DNA of 63,999 nucleotides, counting the filler, from Stramenopiles sp. TOSAG23-3 (Eukaryota): assembly GCA_900128585.1 (NCBI GenBank). It is 5 parts of 5 records of this genome, joined end to end, with 100 filler letters (N's around TTAATTAATTAA, not from the genome) between each part and the next. Parts side by side here need not be neighbours in the genome. Positions count along the whole stretch, not along the records: positions 31,136 to 46,577 come from LT642522.1; positions 46,678 to 62,075 come from LT642523.1; 3 more parts are not named here. The stretch is one strand, 5' to 3'. A program made the translations under genes and the position numbers. The notes under the pieces were generated by a model that was given only the letters and a program-made list of their open reading frames with translations, had not been told where the DNA came from and searched no databases. Below are positions 40,665 through 52,600 of the stretch, in pieces. How positions within the stretch are numbered: position 1 is the first letter of the stretch; each line of letters begins with the position of its first letter.

Positions 40665-43600
40665 CTATTCCACCGATCCGAATCTCCCCGACGCTAACTT
40701 CCGAACTTGTTTTTGTGCCCCACGCCTCAAGAATGGGCTAACATTTTTTTTCTTGCCTGCTGGAGAATGCCCCTCTTTACCTTGCAATAGCCCACTTTTC
40801 CAATTTGGTGAGTGCCTTAACCCTCCGGCAGGTTTCCAATGCTTTCCACCACCGGGTGAATACTTTCGTCGCTCGCGCTTCAAAGCCTCTTGCGCAATTG
40901 CAAACCTGCGGCGGGCATCGTCCCTTTCGTATTCTAATTGTTGTACCACATCCATAAGCTCGCTCGTTTCTTCCACGCTTTCATTGGCAAGAGCGGTAGC
41001 TTCTCTTTCGTACGACAAGGCTTCTTTTGCTAACTCAGCTTGGCGCTCGGTCAAAGCGTTCTTCTTTTTCAATTCCCCAGTTTCGATTTCTAGTTCTTGA
41101 ACAAGGGAAAGAAGCTCAGACTGTTGCTCTTGGGCTTCCCGAACTTCAGTCTTTCTTATCTCTAACGCTCGCTTTAATCTATCTTTCTCTTCTCTTGCTT
41201 TTTTCTCAAATTCTTGCCTTGACTTAGAAAACCTGTTCTGAGCACGTTTCATTGACTCTTCCGCACTTTCTTCTGTTCGCTCGATCACACCATTCATCTG
41301 CTCTTCCCAGGCCTTTTGTTTCTCATCGAGAGCTTGGGCCGCCTCCTCTTTGATCTTTTCCTCACGGGCAATCCTGGAATCAATCATCTGCCTCTTCTGA
41401 GATTCCAGCAATGCCTCGTATTTCGCCTTTTCTTCTTCCACAGTTCCATTATGCCTTACCCTTTCCCACTCCAAGACCTGTAAAATATCTTCACGCCGCT
41501 TCTTTTCCTCTTCCAATTTTACCAAAGCAGAACTTTCTTCCAGAACCGAGAGAGCCGAGGAAAAATGTGGGGGGGTTTGCGCAGACGTGTCGGAGTTTAC
41601 AGGAAAGCGGTAATGTTGCCTCCTTCTTTCGGCCGCAGCCACGTCGTCATTAGTCGATAATTTGCTACGTTTGCTTTGTTGCGAGAAGAAAATACGAGCC
41701 GACCCGTGAGGGTGAGCACGATGATGGCTGTCTCTTTTGTTGGGCAAATCTGCGGGCGCACCGAACGCCAACCGACTGCTGGAAGGGCTGCTTTTTTTCC
41801 TGACTTTACGGGGAGACCGACTTTTTGGAGTCAGCCTTTTCTTCTCAATTGTGCAAATGTCTCGCGGCTTCGCCAAAATAATGCGAATATCATTCATGTC
41901 TTTCACTACCAAGTCATCTACATTTAGACCCTCTTTTGCAAACGGAGAAGAGAAATCAGTATCGTTGTTTACACTAGCGTCGGACGAACGTGTAATGTAG
42001 CTGGAGTTCATTGGCGAAGTGGCTGCCTCCGCCGGCTCAAAGGCCCTTTTCTTTGGCGATTTGGGAGATGCCGGTCCACCCTTTGCCGATTTATTCATTT
42101 TTGCTGCTTCCGCGTAAGAAGATATTCCAAGCCCAAAAACCCTAGAGTTTGTTCCAGCAGAAGGAAGGTGCTTTTCAACTACGGTCTGGTATGGGCTTAC
42201 TTGTTTTTGTTGCTTTTCCTTGGCCTCTTTGTCCTCATCAAACGAATCCGACAAACGCACCGGATCCTGAGCTTTCCGCACGAGTAACAAATTATTGTGT
42301 TCTTTCTTTAGATAAGATATTTCGCCCAGCGCTCTTCGGTACTCAATTTGAATCTTCTTAAATCTTCGTTCCATTACATTCAATGCACTTTTTAAACGCT
42401 CTACGTCTTGGGCCCATATTGAGTTATCTTGGTGCAACGCCTTGATCGTTTGCTCTATTTGTTTCTTTTCTGCTTTTACTCTTGATAACTCCGACCTGGC
42501 CTTTTGTGACTGTGTCCGAAAAAACAACATAGTTTGACTTGTATGTTCATCCCGGTCGTGTTCCTGCTCATGCTGCCGTCCACGGGGGGATCGCTTCGCT
42601 CGTCGATGGTATGCGCTTCGCTTACCCGTGCTGGTAGCATCATGCAGTCTACTCCTTTTTTTTTCTGGTGTACCTTCTTGAGAGAGTCCATGCCCGTTTC
42701 TCACCATGTCAGCACTGGCAGACGAATCTTTGAAGCTTCGTACACTGCTTTTAATATAGTCTTCCAGGGTTTTGACCGTGCCCTTAAGCTGCAAATTCTC
42801 TCCCTTCAGTAGAGCAAGTTCGTCTTGCCAGGACTCTTCCCTTGCTTTCATTCTGTCCTCGTACGTTTGTATCTCTTTCGCCCGGCTGTTGAGGCCTGGT
42901 TGCTTATCGACAAGATCAGCGAGTCGCGACTCGAAATCTTTCTTGGCACGCTCAAGCTGCTGTACAGCTTCCGAATCCTTTTCCTTCAGTTCGTTTTCGC
43001 ACTTTTCCTGCATGAGAACACGAAGGTTCGCCATTTCTTTTTCTGAGTTAACTTTGGCTTCACGCATACATTCCATCAGCCGCTCTTCATAGTCAACCCT
43101 TTGACGATCTAACTTCTCTTTAAATTTTGCATCATTTTCTGCAATCAGCTCTTTATGGCGGCCGTTTTCCCATTCAAGCACTTTCATGGCATCCGAGCGC
43201 TTTTTTTGTTCTTCCAGCAGCATTTTCGCCGCGGTTTCTTCGTTTCTAGAATAAAAATTCCGGATCTTCTCCACTTCCACCACGACCTTCTCCTCAAACT
43301 CTTCCCGTTTCTTCTTCAAAGTCTGCTCGTGTTTTGCTTTCAATGTCGCAATCTGCTGCTTCAGTGCATCCACTTCGCGGATATTAGAGTGACCCCTTCG
43401 AACCCGATTGAGTTCCAAACCCAAAGCTGCGACTTTCTCTCTCAGCTCATTGTTTTCCTTCGACTCTTTCTGAAGTTCGTCCTGTAAGTCGACGATTGTC
43501 CTTTCCGACAGTGCCTGGGTGGCCCTGTTTTTATCTAGCTTTGACTGGAGCACCTGGATTTCTTCGGATGAGTTGCCCTCAAAATGCTGCACCTGTGAGC

Positions 43601-43712
43601 CCATGTCTTCCTCTGATCCTTCCCATTGCACCCCGGGGCTTTCAAATATAAATTGTTCCCCGGCACTACGAACAATTTCCGGAGGGAGGTTAGCACCTTC
43701 GCTAGCGTCCAT
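40665..43712 (-). CDS. Large coiled-coil hypothetical protein, 1015 aa
   Basis: Long ATG ORF with E/K/Q-rich heptads and an internally duplicated motif (EEQKKRSDAMKVLEWENGRH / EEKKRREDILQVLEWERVRH). Confidence 0.85.
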   Translation of the reverse strand: MDASEGANLPPEIVRSAGEQFIFESPGVQWEGSEEDMGSQVQHFEGNSSEEIQVLQSKLDKNRATQALSERTIVDLQDELQKESKENNELREKVAALGLELNRVRRGHSNIREVDALKQQIATLKAKHEQTLKKKREEFEEKVVVEVEKIRNFYSRNEETAAKMLLEEQKKRSDAMKVLEWENGRHKELIAENDAKFKEKLDRQRVDYEERLMECMREAKVNSEKEMANLRVLMQEKCENELKEKDSEAVQQLERAKKDFESRLADLVDKQPGLNSRAKEIQTYEDRMKAREESWQDELALLKGENLQLKGTVKTLEDYIKSSVRSFKDSSASADMVRNGHGLSQEGTPEKKRSRLHDATSTGKRSAYHRRAKRSPRGRQHEQEHDRDEHTSQTMLFFRTQSQKARSELSRVKAEKKQIEQTIKALHQDNSIWAQDVERLKSALNVMERRFKKIQIEYRRALGEISYLKKEHNNLLLVRKAQDPVRLSDSFDEDKEAKEKQQKQVSPYQTVVEKHLPSAGTNSRVFGLGISSYAEAAKMNKSAKGGPASPKSPKKRAFEPAEAATSPMNSSYITRSSDASVNNDTDFSSPFAKEGLNVDDLVVKDMNDIRIILAKPRDICTIEKKRLTPKSRSPRKVRKKSSPSSSRLAFGAPADLPNKRDSHHRAHPHGSARIFFSQQSKRSKLSTNDDVAAAERRRQHYRFPVNSDTSAQTPPHFSSALSVLEESSALVKLEEEKKRREDILQVLEWERVRHNGTVEEEKAKYEALLESQKRQMIDSRIAREEKIKEEAAQALDEKQKAWEEQMNGVIERTEESAEESMKRAQNRFSKSRQEFEKKAREEKDRLKRALEIRKTEVREAQEQQSELLSLVQELEIETGELKKKNALTERQAELAKEALSYEREATALANESVEETSELMDVVQQLEYERDDARRRFAIAQEALKRERRKYSPGGGKHWKPAGGLRHSPNWKSGLLQGKEGHSPAGKKKNVSPFLRRGAQKQVRKLASGRFGSVE

Positions 43713-44564
43713 ATTCAGCTTGTCTATATAAAAGTCCTTTGAAGTATATCCTATTTGGGTTTGTAGAATTCTATGCGCAACACTTTCTGATGCTCAAGGT
43801 CTTTGCCTTACTAAAAAAAAGGGGGTGGGTATTCCTTTTGCAACATTTGGGAAGAAAATCCTTTTAAATAACTATGTAAATCTTTAAATTCTATATGTAG
43901 ATTTTTTTTATGTAAAAATATTGTCAAAACGATGATGATGGTGGTCAACTTATTTTTTTATTTATTTTTCTTCTTCTCCTCTCATTACTTACCTGTTGTG
44001 ATGCGCTTATTATTTGAAGATTATATTATTAAAAGATCCATTCAATATTTGTTAAGGATAATATAAGGGTATATACTATTATTAATATTAAAACGAAACA
44101 ACGTTTCCTTAAATGGTTTGCACGATTATTATTGTTTTTTTGGAAGAAATTCAAAAATATAACCGCTGTGTGTTTTGGTTCATCTGGGAGATTTAATTAC
44201 AATTGTATTGGATGTATTAATAAATCCTATTTCAGGATAGTAGTGTAAAACAAATATAACTATAACACTATATTTCTTTTGCACTACTTCTAAAAAGTTT
44301 CGTTCTCTTTTGTCCGTTGCAAATTACAAGGGAATACAACCATTTGTCTGGGAGAGGAGTACGGTATAAAAAAATGGACATCTCTTTTTTTAAACAATCA
44401 CCGCCACCTCAACAGCTAGTACGATTCGTGTGAGTAATATTGAAGGAGGGTTTCATTATTCAAAGTTGTTTCATATGGTCGTGCAAAATGCAACTGCTCG
44501 ATAAACACCACACAAGACCTTTTAATTTTTGACGTAACGTTCTTGTTCTAATTTGTTGGCGTGC

Positions 44565-46577
44565 ATGGATTCATCTTATGACCAGAAGCCCCATGGCCTT
44601 CCATCCCTAAATAAACTACGGCTTACGCCCCAATCCAGGGGAACTAGGAAACGACTTCAAAATCTCATTCGTGCAAAATCAGCCGGTAGAAAAAGAAGTG
44701 CCAGCAGAGGTGGTCTTAACCAGAGAAGTAGTAGGCCAAGCACAGTAGAGTCATTCGGTTCTTCGTCAATGCTGCTGTTCGAAGAAACAAGCACCGTCAG
44801 TACAATGCACGAGAGCGTTGATGGATTCATCACATGGGTGCAAGAAGATTGGAAAAATGGTTACGAGACTAAGGCGTACGAAGCCACAAAATATGCAAAA
44901 AAGCGATCCATTCAGACGCGAATAGCCAATGCAATTGCAGGGGGGTTGAACGGAGATGACCCTCTTTTGGCTTCGATGGAATCCTTTGAAAACTTTATGA
45001 CAAACGATTGGCCAAGCCTTAGGTTCATGAAGTGCTATGAAAACACAGGGGTCGAAGCCCTGTCAGACGAGTGCGCGCAGTACGGTCGACGGCTTCGCCA
45101 GCATTTAATCGAAGGGTTTCATCGAGATTTGCGGAAGGAACTGTCTGGGCGTTACGAACCGTGTCATCTCGAAAGTGGTGTGATGATTAATGTGCACACT
45201 CGAAAAAAGTTGAGAATAAAACAACCGTCAAATGTTTGCCAAATTAAACTCTTATCACGCTGGTTCGACTTAACCATGGACACCATCGGTAACTTGGGCG
45301 GCTCTACAAGCCCCACTACAAGCGGCAAAAAAATCAAAGGAAAGATAGCAAGGCACCAGCTAACCGCAATAGCCGATGACCTGGTTGACCCTAGCCGCCC
45401 AGACAGAAAAGATATTGAGCCGGAAGAAGCGGCGGCCTTGCGGATTTGGAAACCAAATAAAATGGTCGCAATTGCTGTATGCTTTCACGAAATAATGGAC
45501 AAAGTGAACAAATACGACAAAACTTTAGGCGGACTTTTACAGCAGCTCTGGTTAAATCTGTTACGAACGATGCACACAGAAATGTCGTCAAGCGAAGCAC
45601 GGTGCAAGAGGGCAGAAAAACTTGCCCTGGAGACAGATCGTGCCATGCGAGCGTTACAGAAAGCAAAAGCGGGTTGGTCGGTCATGAGAAAAGCCAGGCA
45701 TGGCATGGCGGCAATGCGAAGTTTGAATTCTCGGGTTTTACAAAGAAAGCAAAGCGCACAGGAAGAACGAATAAAGATGATAGGTAGCTTAAGCAAAGAA
45801 GAAAGGTTGGATATTATACGAAAAAGCCTTTCAGACAAAGAAAGAAGGTTAATAGCACTTGAATTTCTAGCGGATGACCTGAATCTCATAGGGGGCGCGA
45901 GCTTTCAACTTCAAGAAGATTTGGCCCGAAAATTGATATCTCACTCAACAAGGATAATCAACCAAGTGATAGATGAAGACCCCATGGCTGTGATATCCAA
46001 CACAAGCCGTATGACACGGCAATTAATACTGGGAAATTTGCTACAGGAAAATCCGAAAAAAGGGTTAGCAGCTCATCTGCACAAATTAGGAGGTAGCCCA
46101 GAAGAAATAGCAGGGATATTAGACCATGCGGTAAGTGCAAGCCCACATGGAACAATGGAATGGCAAAATGCTATAAACGAGGCACTACAAACACGGCTGT
46201 TAAAACGGACGAGGGGCGATGAAATTGCGGCTTGGATAGCTGAAAATAGCGGGAATGTCGACCTATTAAAGGCCACGCCAGGCGGAAAAGCTAATTTTGA
46301 CTCCCTGATGGCTGCGCTGATAGATGCACAGACGTCAGACGCAGACCCAGCATTTCAAGGCAAATTAGAAAAGATAGCGCAGTGCCTAGGACAGAGTGGT
46401 TTGGATAAATTTTTTTCGACAGAGGCATCCAAGGACTATTTTGATTCCGACCGTGGCGATTCAAAAGCGTTTGAACGCCTACTGGAGAGCATAAGCAAAG
46501 AAGTAGATTCCACGAGGGCAGAGAGACTGGCCGCTAGCTTGGAACAGTCAGGTATGATGGGAAATATTTTGGATTCT
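44565..46577 (+). CDS. Hypothetical helical/coiled-coil protein, 3' truncated at the contig end
   Basis: About 670 open codons running into the linker; no family recognised. Confidence 0.8.
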
Positions 46578-46677
46578 NNNNNNNNNNNNNNNNNNNNNNN
46601 NNNNNNNNNNNNNNNNNNNNNTTAATTAATTAANNNNNNNNNNNNNNNNNNNNNNNNNNNNNNNNNNNNNNNNNNNN
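46578..46677. other. Artificial contig linker
   Basis: N44-TTAATTAATTAA-N44. Confidence 0.97.
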
Positions 46678-46678
46678 G

Positions 46679-49600
46679 ACTGGTAGTGGATTTATCAGCG
46701 GGAGTACGTGGTGCCGTTTTGGTGCATCGGAGATAATACAAGCAAATGTAATATCATCTTCAAAATTGCGCTGCATAATCGTCTCTAAAGTACCCGGTCG
46801 TCATGGGGTTTATGTTTCTACAAACGAACAAGATTTTACGACTGGGGACTATTCTTATGAATTCCTTACAATTTTGAGCGTAAAGAGTATTTTTCCTGAT
46901 CGGGGACCGGCTAGCGGGCATACACCTGTCACAATAAGAGGAGAAAATTTTATGGATTCACCGCACCTTCATTGTAAATTTGGAAAAGATACAGCCCCAG
47001 CTCGTTGGATCAACAAACAAACTTTAGAGTGTATTACTCCATCCAATATTATGGGAAATGTTGCCGTCGAAGTAACGAACGATATGATTACGTATTCTAC
47101 CGACAAACGGGAATTTGAATTTGTTCAATCGACACAGTTACTATCCATAACCCCATCGTCGGGGCCTCCAGTCGGGGGGTCTGAGGTGATTGTTCGAGGA
47201 AGTGATTTTAGTTACTCCAATTCGCTTTATTGCCAATTTTGTGACCAGTGGTCGGAAGCTGCCTTCATCTCTGTATCTGAAGTTCGGTGTGTGACACCAC
47301 CCCATTCGTTGGGATTGTGTCCTGTGCAGATATCTGTCAACCGGGTTGATACTATTGGGGAAAATCAGCTTTTTTTTGGGTATTCGTCTTTACCGGAGAT
47401 ATCTTCTTTTTCGCCCACTGCTGGCCCTGTGTCTGGTGGAACATTAATTCACATAGAAGGAAAACATATGAACGAAAAGACTATGTGCAAGTTTGGTTCG
47501 ATGGCTTTAATTAAGCCAGAAAATGTCTCTAATGACAGTATTACATGCCGATCTCCGAAAGTCTCTTCATTGAGAAACCTCCGTTTGCGCTTAACCAATA
47601 ATATGGTGGATTTATCGTACGACACAACCACGTTTCGGTTTTATGACTCGTTGTATATTCACAAAATTTCCCCCAGTACCGGTCCGCAGCGAGGAGGTTC
47701 GAGGGTGTCTATTTGGGGGATAAACTTCGTAAACTCGAGGTTTCTTGGATGTAAATTTGGTGCCAAAATAGTTGACGCCATATGGATATCAGAGACAAAA
47801 ATCGAGTGCTCTGCGCCTCAAAACAGTCCTGGTGTGTATTTTGTGGAAGTTAGCAACAATGGTCAACAGTTTTCGCAGAACAAGCGATCATTTACTGTGT
47901 ACCCAAATACAGAAATATTTGGAATACAACCGAAATCTGGCAGAACTTTGGGAGGCACACTGATAACTGTTTATGGACACAATTTTGTTCATGGTCCATC
48001 GTTACGATGCAATTTCAATAACTCCGAACACTCCAGCGCCATATTTTTCAACTCTACCGTAATTAAATGCGTTACGACTCCATTTAAAGGAGATACAGGG
48101 GGCGCAGTCGATGTGCGTGTCTCCAACAATGGAATGGATTACTCTAACACAAGAGCAACGTTTCGTTATGATGCCCAGTTTGAAATTACTTCTATTTATC
48201 CGACATCTGGTCCTAGTACTGGAAATACAATTGTTAAGATTTCGGGTGAAAATTTTGTGAATTTCTCAAACTTTTTATGCAGCTTCGGAAACTCGACAGT
48301 AAAAGCTACATTCATATCCACAAAAGAAATAGAATGTACTAGTCCACCATTCTCAATCTCTCGAGGTGTTGTGTCATTAGATATCGCATTAACTGGGAAG
48401 GAATTCACTCGAAATGGAAAGAACTTCTCGTTTTACGCGCCAGAAGTATTAACTGGTCTTAGTCCCCAAAGTATTCCTGCAAATTGGGATCGACCCGCTA
48501 GACTTATGTTAGATGGCTCGAACTTTTTGAATTCCGCGCATATTAAATGTCGTATGTTTGGTTTTGGTGCTGCGCCGGCCTTTTGGATATCACCAACGAA
48601 GGTTTCGTGTGAACTTCCGAATCTTACGGGCGTTGTCCCTGGTAGCTATGAAATACAAGTCTCCAATAACGGACAAAACTTCGGTAGACAAAATGTTCAG
48701 TTTACCAAGCGTCGTGAACTTACCGTAGTTACCGCAAGCCCAACATTTGGCAGTACGGATGGTGGTACAAAAGTTCATATTACTGCAGTATCGATTGGAG
48801 AAAATGGTAATGTTCGATGCCGTTTTGGGTCAAGAACGGTCGTTGGCACTGTTCTTGCCTCTAATGAAATATCTTGTTTTACCCCTCGCTCTCACACAAA
48901 TGAAACCGTAAAAATGTACATCAGTTTGGACAATACACATTTTTCGCCGGTTGGTATTGATTTCAATTATGTCAACCCCCATCGAGTCGATAGTGTAACG
49001 CCGTCACGAGGGCCAAGCTTCGGTGGTAGCCGTATTCGTGTAAAAGGTATAAACTTTGTTTGTCACCCAGTCTGTTATTGTAAGTTTGGAAACTCTGAAA
49101 AGGTAGTGGGGTACTGGGTAAATGAAACTGATATTTTGTGTGATTCATCGCCTGGGAAAGAGCATAGTCTAGTAACGATTTCAACCAATGGTTTCGATTT
49201 TGCGTCTAGCAAGGCTTTGTTTCATTACTACAAATCCCCCCTTGTCTCTTCTATATTTCCTTTCACGGGATCCGAAGAAGGGGGGACAAAAGTTAGAATA
49301 ATTGGCGCAAACTTTATCAATTCTGAGAATTTAATGTGCAGATTTGGCACCCAATCTTTGCCTGTAAGAGCGCTATTTGTCCACCGTAGACTTATTGAAT
49401 GCGTTACACCCGCGCACTTGCCAGGATCTGTGAGTGTCGCTGTTTCTAATAATGCCGCTGATTATGGTTACCGCACTGCGGTCTTTAACTACGAGAACCG
49501 TTTGGAAATCCAATCTTTCACTCCTTCTTTTGGACCATCAACGGGCGGAACCCGTGTCGAAATTGAAGGTCACCAGTTTCAATTCAATAGCCTTCTGTCA

Positions 49601-52600
49601 TGCAAATTCAACGATACTGTTGTCCCTGGTTCTTACATCAGTCACACAAAAATATTTTGTTTGACCCCTAGAGGCATGGCTGGTGCTGTTGAATTACACG
49701 TCAGCGGGAATGGCGTTGATTTTGTTTTAGCAGGTAGCCGTTTCGAATTTATAGCGTTGCCGAAAATTGATACAATTTCCCCTATCTATGCTCTCGAACG
49801 TTCAGCAGTTCCTATAACTGTAAGAGGACACAATTTTCTTGAAAATTCGTCTTGTTCGTTTGGAAACATGGAAATGACCAAAGCCATTGTGCTAAACACA
49901 AAAGAGATGCAATGCTTAAGCCCAGGAAACCTAACTGCAGGTCAACATAGTTTTGACATTATTGCAGGAACGGTAGCTACAAGTAGCGCCCTTGTATTTA
50001 CAGTTGAAAAACCTTCGTTGCTGCGCCGTATTATTCCCCTCAAAGGATCTGCGACAGGAGGTACCTTGATTGATGTCTACGGAAATAATTTTATTAGAAA
50101 TGTGCATTACAATTGTAGTTTTGGGTCGCTATCGTCAATTGCGACATGGATTGATCCTACACGATTGCAATGTTTTTCTCCAGCCAGCCCAGCAGTCGGC
50201 ACGGTGCCGTTTATTTTGCACCAACCAGCTGGTATCTACCAAGAGAGCAGAATCAATTTTACCTATATGGTCGATGCGGCTGTTGAAGAGATAAGACCGG
50301 GACATGGAAGCTATTTGGGAAATACAGTTGTCGACGTATTCGGGACACATTTTGTCCGCTCATCTACACTAGTTTGCATTTTTGGCTTGCGAAAAGTAAA
50401 AGCATCTTTTGTCAACTCTACGTTTGTGAAGTGCGTGGCACCACCACAAAATACTGGCGTTGTCAACTTTGCTGTGTCTAACAACAATATTGACCTAACG
50501 CCCCAACTTATTCAATTTGAATATCAAACTGGGTGCCAAGTACTGTCTTTGAAACCACGTAGAGGGCCGATTGTGGGAGGGACCAGAATAGAAGTGAGGG
50601 GGACTGGATTTTCAAGAAACGAAATCAATTGTAAATTTGGTTTTTCGGCACCAAAAATTGTACCAGCTGAATTCGTCAATAGTGAGCTAATATTTTGTAT
50701 TTCCCCTGAAGCGAGCGAGGGCATGGAGGTCTCGTTAGATGTCAGTAATGGCCCTTATCATTTCTCAAACGATAAAGTTAAATTTAGATTCATTGAGGCT
50801 CCCCAAATTACACACATTTTCCCTCTAAGAGGCCCTGCAGGTGGTGGGACAACCCTTAAAATCCGTGGAAACTACCTGTATGACGCACGGTCCCTTGTAT
50901 GTAGATTTAAGAGCGATCAGAGAACTCTATTACAACCCGTGTCGTGGCATTCAAGCAAATTTGTGTCCTGCCTGACTCCTCCAAGTGAGTTGGGCAAGTT
51001 AGAGGTTTCACTAACGCTGAACGGCCATGATTTTGTAGTAGCACCGTCTACATTTGAAGTGTATGCAAACCCGTCAATTGAAAGTATTACTCCAGAATTT
51101 GGACCACAAAGTGGTGGAAGTATGGTGACCGTTTACGGTTTACATTTTTCTGCCACTAACCCTAGGTGCAATTTTGGGGGGTTCCAAGTACCAGCAATAT
51201 TCGTTACTAATACTGAAATTAAATGCCCTAGTCCTCCCTCCCCTTTTAGAGGTACTACGAGCTTCTCAATTTCAATGAACGGAGAAGACTTTACTGATAG
51301 AACTGAAGTTCAGTTTGAATACACGGACATTCCAACTGTAATAAAAACGCATTCAGCTTTTGGGCCTCGCAGAGGAAATACGATATCGACGTTTGAAGTC
51401 CTTGAGAGTCGGAATGCAGAGAGTATAAAGGAATGCAGGTTCGGAGTGAACAGTGTTGGTACAAAGTCCATCCAATCAGACGCGCACCAAATTACATGTG
51501 CGTCCCCACAAGGGTTTGGAATGCAGTCATTTTCAGTGTCAGTAGATGGCAGAACATTTAGTTCTCCACAAATGTATTACTATCGAAAGGGGGCCTACGT
51601 AACGAACATAATTCCAAACAAGGCACCCGCCTCAGGTGGTTCTATCATTTTAGTTGAAGGGCTGAACTTCACGAACAGCCGCGACCTATCCTGTAGATTT
51701 GGCGAAGTCGTTGTTCGTGCAATTTGGCACTCTACCAAGGAAATTCGCTGTAACTGTCCCCGGCATGTACCTTCCAGTGTAGTATTTGAAGTCTCCAACA
51801 ATGGTGTTGATTTTTCTTCCAGTGGCAAACAATTTAAATTTCTAGCATCGGCTTCGGTTACTGCAATTTCCCCAACCCATGGTCCTGAAGATGGTGGGAC
51901 GGTAGTAACCGTCTTTGGAATCCATTTTGTTGCATCGAAAGATCTTGTTTGTAAATTTGGTTTGGTCAGGACTCGTGTCGTTGAATTTATTTCTTCTACT
52001 GAAATAATATGCATTGCGCCTCCTGCCCCAACGATAGGAACAACTTGGGGCACGTTCGTTGAAATTGCAAACGATAATCTGACCTTTACCGGGAATGCTG
52101 AAAAGTTCACCTATGACCCTCGAGTGCTAATCTTTGATATTTCCCCTAAGTCGGGTTATACCAGAGGGGGTTCAAGGGTCATGCTCTACGGAACAAATTT
52201 TAGAAATTACCTCGGCTTAACCTGTAAGTTTGGGACAATTGATGTACCCGGCTATTATATATCACAGAGCGAAGTTGAGTGCATAAGTCCCCTGCAAGTT
52301 AATGACGATGTAGAAGTTGAAGTGAGCTTAAATGGAGAAGACTTCTCTTTCTCTAGGCGATCGTTTTCGTACACTGAAACGCCAACCGTGAGTAAAATCT
52401 GGCCTTTGTCTGGTCCAGCTTGGGCTGGTGGGACCCTTGTGACAGTCATGGGAACTGCTTTCTCAAATACACAGCATTTAAGTTGCCGTTTTGGCCAACT
52501 AGTTGTCCCGGCGATGCAAGTTAGCAATGCCAAAATGGCGTGCCGGTCCCCTGCGGCCCAACCTGGTCTTGTGTCGTTCGAGATAACAACGAATGGTCTT